Shown piece after piece: positions 35,754-44,000 of a DNA stretch of 64,000 nt. The position numbers and the translations under genes are program-made. The stretch comes from a virus. Below the pieces are notes generated by a model. That model saw only the letters and a program-made list of their open reading frames with translations. It was not told the origin of the DNA and ran no database searches. The DNA is taken from the IMG/VR virus record IMGVR_UViG_3300002461_000311, positions 1 to 64,000 of that record; one strand, 5' to 3'. Every line of letters starts with the position of its first letter. Position 1 is the stretch's first letter.

Positions 35754-36357
35754 TGCCGTGGGCGGCGGCGATGGCCTTATACGTCATTCCCATCGTCCGT
35801 TGCTTGGCCATTGCGAGAACGGCCTCCTCCGAGACCTTGTTTCTCGGCCTTGCTCCGGTCTTGAATGTGCCGCGATTCGTTTCCGCTTGTTGTTTCGGCG
35901 TGGCCCATCGACAGTTGCTTGGCTCGTAGTTGCCGTCTGGGTCTATCCGGTCTAGCGTGGTCCCGAGCGGCCTTTCGCCCATGTCGGCCAGGAAGGTTTC
36001 GAAGCTGGACCAGCTTGCGCAAACCGAGATACCGCGGCCGCCGTACCACGTCCACTGAGGGGCCTCTGGGTTCGAACACCGCCTGCGCATTTCTTTCCAG
36101 GATCTGTAGGTCCTGGTGTCCGACATTCCGTGAGTAGTTGATCGGCGAAGCAGGACGTCTCTTGATAGACAGCCGCAGGACTTGGTGTGCCCAGAGCGCA
36201 ACTTGAGCGAGTTTGCCTCGGTTGCCGCGCCGCAGTCGCAGCGGCACACCCATATCTTTCCTGTGCTGGACCGCCTGCTAGACGGAGAAACAACGATGAG
36301 CCGGCCAAAGCGCAGGCCAACCAAATCCAATGCCCTGGTACCATCGCGAGCAGCCAT
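35659..36357 (-). CDS. homing-endonuclease-like protein (Zn-ribbon + HNH_3-related core + HTH), copy 1
   Basis: CRCDCG...SCGC, YRSWKEMRRRCSNP...YGGRGISVC and LDRIDPDGNYEPSNCRWAT motifs; paralog at 43342..43935. Confidence 0.7.
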   Translation of the reverse strand: MAARDGTRALDLVGLRFGRLIVVSPSSRRSSTGKIWVCRCDCGAATEANSLKLRSGHTKSCGCLSRDVLLRRSTTHGMSDTRTYRSWKEMRRRCSNPEAPQWTWYGGRGISVCASWSSFETFLADMGERPLGTTLDRIDPDGNYEPSNCRWATPKQQAETNRGTFKTGARPRNKVSEEAVLAMAKQRTMGMTYKAIAAAHGINPVTASYLLRQLAQRRVALAPPRTSAAGPR

Positions 36358-36385
36358 TTAACCTCTCTCACAGGTTGTTTGGTCA

Positions 36386-36415
36386 GGTAAAGGGGCGTTG
36401 GCGCGCCCCTTTACC
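36386..36415 (-). terminator. 12-bp perfect-stem hairpin after the lysis cassette (no U-tract)
   Basis: GGTAAAGGGGCG-ttggcg-CGCCCCTTTACC. Confidence 0.35.
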
Positions 36416-36417
36416 GA

Positions 36418-36849
36418 TTATAGTTGAAGACGTCTCGTCTTTTCCCAGGACCGCAGGCCAGCGAGGCCCAGCATCCCAAGCACAAGCTCCATGAGGTTGT
36501 CGCCAACGAGCGGGGGCAACTGGCCGGATATCTCCATCACACCAGCGGCGGCCAGCCATGTCAGCGCCGGGTGAATAATAAAGTTCCAGGCCAGCCCGAA
36601 CGCGCAGATATACCCAATCGAAGGCCGCCAAGACGAGGCGAACCAGTTGCCGCTTGCCGCCTCCGCGCGGTTAACATCGATCTGGCCGATTGCTACGCGC
36701 ACCTGTTGCTCAAATGCAGCCATCTCATTGGCCTGGGCCAGCTTGAACAACTCGACCTCGGCCTGAGCTTTTTTCTCCGGGTCAGGAAACAAGCGCTCGA
36801 TGATTGATCGGCCCATCTCAATCATAGGACCTACAAGCAGGGGATTCAC
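36418..36849 (-). CDS. 3-TM holin-like protein (GTA_holin_3TM/DUF3154-like)
   Basis: FPDPEKKAQAEVEL...NWFASSWRPSIGYICAFGLAWNF pattern; overlaps the endolysin stop. Confidence 0.65.
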   Translation of the reverse strand: MNPLLVGPMIEMGRSIIERLFPDPEKKAQAEVELFKLAQANEMAAFEQQVRVAIGQIDVNRAEAASGNWFASSWRPSIGYICAFGLAWNFIIHPALTWLAAAGVMEISGQLPPLVGDNLMELVLGMLGLAGLRSWEKTRRLQL

Positions 36850-37367
36850 GCCGTCACCCGCAAGGCCGTTTCGACCTTGTCGAACAGGCGCCCGAACCAG
36901 CCGGCGTCCTGCGAGTCGCGGGCGGGGTCTCGCGCAAAGAGCCGGGCGCGATCGACGAACACCAGGCGTAGCACATCGCGCGTCGAGCGGCTGCTCAGCG
37001 CCGCCAGGGTCTTTGGGCCGATCACCCCGTCCGGGAGCGCGCCCACGGCCCGCTGGAGCGCGCGGGCGGCGCGCGGTACGCCGCTGTTGTAGGCGTAGTC
37101 GAAGAGGAACTCGTCGAGAGGCTGCCCGAGCTGGTCGGCCCGGATCGGGTCCCAGTAGTCTTGTCTCGCGATCTCGCGCGCCTGCTCGATCGTCAAGTTC
37201 CTGATGTCCAGATGCGGGTATTGCGCGGCCGAGACCCCGTACTTCGATCCCTTCAGCTCGCCAACACCGACCTTTCCGCCCGTCCAGTTGCCACGATCGT
37301 TCGGGTCCAGGGAGAGCACGCCCTCGTGCAGCTTCAGTCGTTTGAAAACATCGTCGAATCGGTCCAT
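36846..37367 (-). CDS. endolysin (GH108-type muramidase + PG_binding_3)
   Basis: LHEGVLSLDPNDRGNWTGG...YGVS N-terminal signature and a C-terminal peptidoglycan-binding-like part. Confidence 0.8.
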   Translation of the reverse strand: MDRFDDVFKRLKLHEGVLSLDPNDRGNWTGGKVGVGELKGSKYGVSAAQYPHLDIRNLTIEQAREIARQDYWDPIRADQLGQPLDEFLFDYAYNSGVPRAARALQRAVGALPDGVIGPKTLAALSSRSTRDVLRLVFVDRARLFARDPARDSQDAGWFGRLFDKVETALRVTA

Positions 37368-37368
37368 G

Positions 37369-37746
37369 TCACCACCATCCCAAAGATTTGCCTACACTGA
37401 CGACCGCGGCGAACGTCGCCACTGTGCCGACGATCGTCGCCTTCGCCCACTTGGCCAGACTGCACATCGCGTCCAGGTGGTTGTCTAGCCGCTCTGCGGT
37501 GACCAGCAGCCCTGGTCGCCCGAATTGGTTCTCTTTGGTGCGAGAGAAGATCACCTCATCGAACCGATCGATCTTGCGCGACACCTCGTCGACACCGCTC
37601 TTCGCCTCGGCCGCCGCCGCCTGAATCTCGGCCGCCGCCGCTCGCGTCTCGGATGTCATCGCCTCCAGTATTGCTACCCGCTCTACCAAGTTATCCACCC
37701 TTTCCTCGAGGCTCGCGCCTACTCTGCAAACCTTGATATCGCTCAC
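37369..37746 (-). CDS. coiled-coil protein with C-terminal TM anchor (125 aa, GTG start)
   Basis: GGAGGTGAC RBS before the GTG at 37746; C-terminus ATIVGTVATFAAVVSVGKSLGWW. Confidence 0.55.
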   Translation of the reverse strand: MSDIKVCRVGASLEERVDNLVERVAILEAMTSETRAAAAEIQAAAAEAKSGVDEVSRKIDRFDEVIFSRTKENQFGRPGLLVTAERLDNHLDAMCSLAKWAKATIVGTVATFAAVVSVGKSLGWW

Positions 37747-37747
37747 G

Positions 37748-38035
37748 TCACCTCCACACGATTGACCAGGCGCCTTCATGCGCGAGCATGACCAAGCGCG
37801 TGAAGAATGCATATGACAGGTAAGTCGACACCAACAGCACGGCCAGACCGGCGACCGTGAAGCACGTGTACTTGATGATCGAGAGCGCGAGGATCGCGCC
37901 GGGGCTCATGCCTTTGCCCATGAGAATGGCATCGCGAGCGCACTCGCCGTAGCCGGCGAGGGCTTGCAGGACGATGCACAAGCCTATCCCGGCCAGCAGC
38001 AGAATCGCATCGCTGGCCAGGAGTTCCCATTGCAT
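37748..38035 (-). CDS. small multi-TM membrane protein (holin/antiholin candidate, 95 aa)
   Basis: ATG immediately after the giant-gene stop; hydrophobic. Confidence 0.6.
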   Translation of the reverse strand: MQWELLASDAILLLAGIGLCIVLQALAGYGECARDAILMGKGMSPGAILALSIIKYTCFTVAGLAVLLVSTYLSYAFFTRLVMLAHEGAWSIVWR

Positions 38036-41000
38036 CTACTGACCCATCCGCTCCGCGAACTCGCGCTCGATGTCGCGACGCCGGGTAACCTGGCGATCGA
38101 GCCGGGCGTTGAACTCCTCGTCGGAGATGCCGCGACGCTGGCGCTCGCGCCGAGCGGCGCCGATCTTCTGGGAGATCTCGCGCAGCGCCTCATCGCGCTG
38201 GCGGGCAAGGTTCACCCGGCCGGCATCCGCCGGGTAGGAGCCCAGCTTCACGCCAAAGGCCGAGGACAGCGCCTGCGGCAGGTTGCGCTCGCGCCCGAAG
38301 GCGTCGGTCTCGCCGGTACCGGCGGCCTGAATGGCCTTCCAAGAGTAGGTCTGGAAGAGCCCGCGTTGCATCGCGATCGAGTCGGCCGCGTAGCCCACCG
38401 GGTTGGGTAGCGGAAGGTTGGGCATGAGGAACTTGGCGATGTGGTCCATCACCTTCGTCGCGCCCTCGCCGAAGGTGTCGGTCTTGCCGACGATGTCCTT
38501 GCCGGTGAACTGGCTGCGGTTGGAGATCAGCTCGATCATGAGCGCCATCGGGCCGCCCACAGTCATCCACGGCGGCACCGGGATCGCGCTCTTCGAGCCG
38601 TTGAGGTCCATGATGTCGCCACCGGGAATCCAGCGACGCACGTCGAGGAAGACCGGGCTGTCGTTGGCGTCGTTCCAGGGCATGCGAAGGAGCCTCGGGA
38701 ACACCAGCAGCGTGCGCCCAGAGCGCTCGTCGGGCAGTAGCGCCCGCTCCTCCTCCTCGTCGCCGGCCGCGCCCAGCATGCCGTAGGCGAGCGCGTTGAG
38801 CGCATACCCCACGGACAGGTACTTCACCATCTTCCACGGGGTCTTGGTCATCGCGTCGATCAGGATCGGCACGATCCGGTAGGTGAACGCGATGAACGGG
38901 AGCGGGCCGCGGCGCAGGGCCTGAATCCAGGGGGCGTTGATGGAGTAGTCGAGGAACGCCTTGCGGGCGAGCTGCCCCGCCTCGCGGTCAGTCTTGCCGG
39001 CGGCGGTCTCCTTCATGAACTTCGCCAGGCGGAAGACGGCGTCCTCTTGCCGATAGAGGTCGATCATCGCCTTGAAGGGGGCAGCGCCCATCTTGCCCAG
39101 GCGCTTGGCCGTCGAGGTGCTCGCCAGGGCGACGAGCGCCTGCTTGAGGCTGCTGCCGCGCGCCAGGTGGATCGCCTGGATCAGGGACAGGTTCTGCGCC
39201 ACGGTGTCGCGCTCGGACTCCAACTGCTTGAGGATCGGCTCGATCACGTCCTGGCGCATCTCGATGGCAGCGAAGCTGCCGCCCTCGGACCCCGAGTCGT
39301 AGAAGCGCTCCATCATGGCCGAGGCAGCTTCGTCGCCGCGCTTGGCGTCGATGATCGTCACCAGGGCGGCGCGCAGATCCTCCGGCCCCAGGTTGGCCAG
39401 GTCGGCCATGACGACGTTGGCCATCACGTTGTTGGTGTGAACGGCCGGGCTGAGCGCCGTCTTGCTGATCTTCCAGGCGGTCAGAAGATCGTCCCACAGC
39501 CGCCACACGGCCGAGGCGCTGCGGAAGTTCACCGTCGCGCGAATGTCGTTCCAGATGTGCCCAGGAATGAATTGTCCAGCGAGGAGCCCGTACTTCTTGA
39601 GCTTCGTGCCGTAGGCGTTGGTCTTGGGAACTTCCACCCATTCGTTGTCAGCATAGGCGCGCAGGGTCGTCTTCGAGTCGGACGCCTCGGAGATCTTGCC
39701 GCCCGCCGCGATCACCTCCTCCTCGGTCGCCTTGCCGTACTCGGTGCCGACCCACTTGAGGAACTTCGCCGTCTCGATGTCCTGGATGGACGCGAGGGCG
39801 GTGCGTGCGAAGGCGTAGCGGATCTCCTCGATCTCGCCCAGGCGCTCGCGCTCGGGCTTGGAGAGATCGCGCCACATGCCGACGTTGCCATTCTTCTCGA
39901 ACCAGCGCGCCTCCCACACCCCGTCGTTGCGCCAGCCGGCGTGCTTCGCCGGGATGGGCTCGCCCTCTTTGACGTACGCCACGCGCTTGAGCTTGCCCAG
40001 CTCGCCTTCGGCGCCCGGGTCGCGAAGCTCCATGCGCACGTACTTGTCGCCCTTCTGAACACCAGGCAGCCGATCGCCGCTGATGTCGTGACGCAGGCCG
40101 CGTCCCCGATAGGTCTCTGCCCGGATGGCCTTCGCCTTGCGGTTGGCCGACACGAAGGCTGCGCCCTCGACCTCGTGCTTCTGGTAGGAGCGATGCAGGT
40201 ACGCCATCTTGTTGCGCCCGTACGACTCCTCGGAGAGCAGCCCCAGCTCGACAGCATCGCGCCCGAGCTGGTCGATCTGCTCCTTCATCGCCGCGAGAGT
40301 GGCGCGCGAGTCCGCCGGCAGGATCGCCATCATCTGGCGCTCCGCGTCGGTGTCGGGTTTCTCCTGCATCCAGAGGTAGGCGACGCGAGACTCGGCCATG
40401 CTCAGGCTGCCGATCTGGTCGATCATCGCCTTGGACTTGCGCAAGTGCGCATTGACGCGCCGCTCGCGCTCGTCTCGCTCGGAGAGGTAGGGCTCAGGCA
40501 GACCGTAGTCGGCAACGATGCCGTGCGCGATCTGCTGGCGGATGGCGCCGCCCTTGAACCAAGCGGCGGTCGCGCTCGAGACGCGATCGGCGAGCCGGCC
40601 CGTCACCTTGGCGACCGGGGCGAGCGGGAACCGCAGCGCGGCATCCGTTGCCCGGTTGATCGCCTGCGCTGCTTTGGTGACTGGGGCGACGGCCTTGGTC
40701 GCCATCCGCGTTGCGGCGAGCGCCGGCGCCCTCGATGCTTCGATGGCCTCGTCTACAACATCGAGCGCAACGCCAATCGGCTTGAGCGCGGCATCGAGTG
40801 TGCTCGCAACAGTCCGCGCGACTATGCCCGGCTGGTACTCTTGCTCGGCTCGAACGCCGCGATCTCCGCTCGCGACGTCAAGCCCTGGGCGCGCGCTGCG
40901 CGAATAGAGGATAGCTTGGTTCGCAGTGTCGCCTCGGGCCAACATGCCGGGAGAAAGGTGTTTTGAAGATACGCCTCGCTTTCCTCTAGCCCCGGAGGCC

Positions 41001-44000
41001 AAGAGCGATTGCGTAACAATTCCTCGTAGGATAGTTGCGTACCCGCTTCCCGAATCTCGCCCGGCGTCAGTGGCGGCAACGTCGTTTGCCCACTGCTGGA
41101 CTGTTCGCTTGTCGTCTCCACGAGGCACCCTCCACTCGAATTGTGAGGACTCGAAATTATAGCGGGCGGACTTTATTTCGTCTATGGATTGAAGGACATT
41201 CGCATAGGAATCGTAGATCAAAAGACCGAGATTGTAGCGGTCATCGTCGCCGTACTGATCCTCCACTTCTCGCCAGGCATGCTCGACCGATTGGTTCCAC
41301 GAGGGCCTCATCCATTTCGTCGTGCCAAGTCGCAGCGCCGCGCTCATCATCTGGTCGTTGCGACGGATGGCGGCAATCGGCGACACCGCCGCCGGGTCGC
41401 CGATAAAGGTCATCTCATTGTTGGCGGCATACTGCATGGCAACTTGATAGATGGCGCTACCAAGGCCGCTTTCCCGGATGTCGGATGTATCGACCCAGAC
41501 CGTTCGATCGGCGTCGCTTTGGCTAATCAGGCCGCGGATCACGCGGCCACGCCCATCCTTGCCGAGATTGATCGAGAAGGAGTCGTCGCTGAAGTCGTGG
41601 ATGTCGGAGCGGTGGACTAAAGAGCGGTCGCTTTTCTGAATACGCATCCCGAGCGCGATTTCGGTAATCGTCTTCGCGTTCGACCGCCCATAACGAAACG
41701 CTCTTGCGTCGTCCGAGATCTTCAGCCAGGCATCGGCCATGTCCATCAGCCGCCCGGGGGACGGGCGCCCCCCCTCTCCAGGACGCGCAGCACGAGAAAA
41801 CAGAGCCTTCAATGCAGAAGGCCCAGCTTTTTGCTGGGCCTTCGCGGATGCTGCCGGGTTTACTCCAACTCGTCTAGGCGGGGGAATCGGCCGGTCGCGA
41901 TGATTGCCTTTCCCTTCTTCACCTGCTCCGGCGTCAGTTCCGGAATGTCCCCGTTGCGAAACAGCGGGTGATCCGGCTTGAAAGGCCTCCCCTCCTCGAT
42001 CGCCTGCTTGACGAGCCTGTAGTCCTCTTCTCGGGGAAGATACTGCTGTATCCACCACCAAGGAACTGGATCGCCGAATTTTTCCGCGTAGTCCGCGTAA
42101 AGCCTGGCCAAGTCGGTTCCACGGAGTCTTTGAGATGTCGTCGATGAGTCGGAAGGCATGGGGCAACTCCTGCATCATGAGTTCGCGGTTCGTAGTGTAC
42201 GCCCTCACGAGTTGAGCGAAAAGCTCGCGTCGGATTTGGCCGGCCGTCATGGCCTCCCAGTATCCAGTGGCCAGCGGATATTTGAAAAGTTCACTCAACG
42301 GGCCGGTTTCGGCGTCCCAGACAAAAAACACCTCTCGGGCCACCTCGCCGCTCACCTCAATCTTGTCGCCGCTCTTCGTGAGCGCGAATGCGGGATGGAT
42401 CTCCGACAGAAAGCTGCCGTCCTTCTGCTTATCTAAAGCATGACCGAGTTCGTGCGCGATCGTTCCGATGAGGCGCTGCGAGTTGTTGATCGCACGCGGG
42501 ACGCCAGGTGGACCAGCCACATCTTCGTGGACGGTTATGCCATCAAATATGCTCCAGTACGCCCCGTCAATGCCGCCTCGACCCACCATGGCGTCGTCAT
42601 GCACACCCCAGATGATAACGGACTTGGCAGCCCTTTCAAGAATTGGCGAGGCGCGAAGCGTGTCATTGAGAGCTGACGCGATGTTCGCGCGCAGATCTGC
42701 GTGGATGGTACGGTCTAGTCGCCACCTCATCCAGGTCGGGAGCTTTTTATCGCGCCCAGGATCAATGCCGTCGTCCACCCCTACATGCAGGCGTCCATTG
42801 CGATCTTCGCCGACAAACTGAAACAACAACTGCTGGTCGCCGGCTGGGCGACTTAGATCGCCGCGTTGCAGCCACAGCTTGAATGCGTCTACGGTTGGGA
42901 AGGAGGCGATCGATCGAATCCGCTTCTCCCACCCGGCCTCGTATTCGTCTAGGTAGGCGGAGCGAGCCTCTTCCAGGGAGGGGAAGCCCATCATTACCTT
43001 CGCCTCGTCGTGCCTTCCGCTGGGGTTGTTTTGATCAACCACGAACACTGGGCCGTTGTAGTCAAGCGGCATGCCTGGCCTGAGAAAAACATCCACGGCA
43101 TCGCCGTCCTTACCGATGAAGCCGCCTCTGATGTAGCCGTAGTGCGACTTCATCGAGCGCGACCATCGCCTTCCGCCTGCGTCTACGCCAGAGCGGGTAG
43201 ACCCTGCCGGATTCTCGACCGAGATCGACAGTCCGCGCACCACTACCTGGCCGACCTTGTAATTGCCCTGCTTTTTCTGCGCCTCAGTAGGCTCCGGCAA
43301 ATCGTTGGCAGGGGACGTTGCGGCTTGGTGCGCGCCAACGTCTACCGTTGCGCCCGGAGATCCCCGCCTATCAGCGCCCGCTCTATCGGCAAGCCCCGAC
43401 GAATCCTCTCTCGAAGCGTTCGCACTTTCACGCCCAAGCGCCTTGCCCACTTCGGCAGCGTCATCGACTCCCCGTTTAGTGTCAGCATCGCGCTGTCTCG
43501 ACGATCCAGACGTTTCGTATCGAGTTCTCGCCCCGCCCTCGCCCGCCGGTAAAGAGTCTGCGCTGGTTTGCCCAACGCCCTTGCCGCTTCGGCCACCGTC
43601 AGTTGGTGGCCGCCCACCATTACTCGGTGACAATACCGACGATTGGCCGCCTGCTGCTGCCTGGTCGCCCATCGACAGTTGCCTGGCTCGTAGTTGCCGT
43701 CTGGGTCTATCCGATCCAACGTCAACCCCGGGCTCTGCTTTGGCCCGATGTCGCTGAGAAAACGCTCGAAGCTGTGCAGCCAAAGAGGACTGATCGTCAC
43801 GCCCCGCGCCCCGTAGTATTTGAAGTCTGGGCTCTTCGGGTTGAGGCAGCGACGCTTCATGTGCTGCCACGCTTGGTACTCTGCTTTGTACTGGCTTCTG
43901 GGTCCTGGGCTCTTTGCCATCGCTTGTCCTACCATTGGCGCGACCGCGCGACCTTGCTTGGACCTCGAGAGCGGCGTATTTGTTCTCGGTCGGCTGGGGC

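Noticed and set aside
36068-36078. GGGTTCGAACA tRNA T-loop-like string as a possible att core or tRNA
   Set aside because: It lies inside the coding sequence of 35659-36357 with no acceptor or anticodon arms. I recognised no tRNA, tmRNA or rRNA anywhere in the window.
43342-43935. Intein or group I intron as the explanation for the endonuclease gene inside the giant ORF
   Set aside because: It is not an intein, because the endonuclease gene is in a different frame from the host ORF and has its own RBS and stop. I cannot see intron secondary-structure elements by eye, so that option is left as a test rather than a claim.
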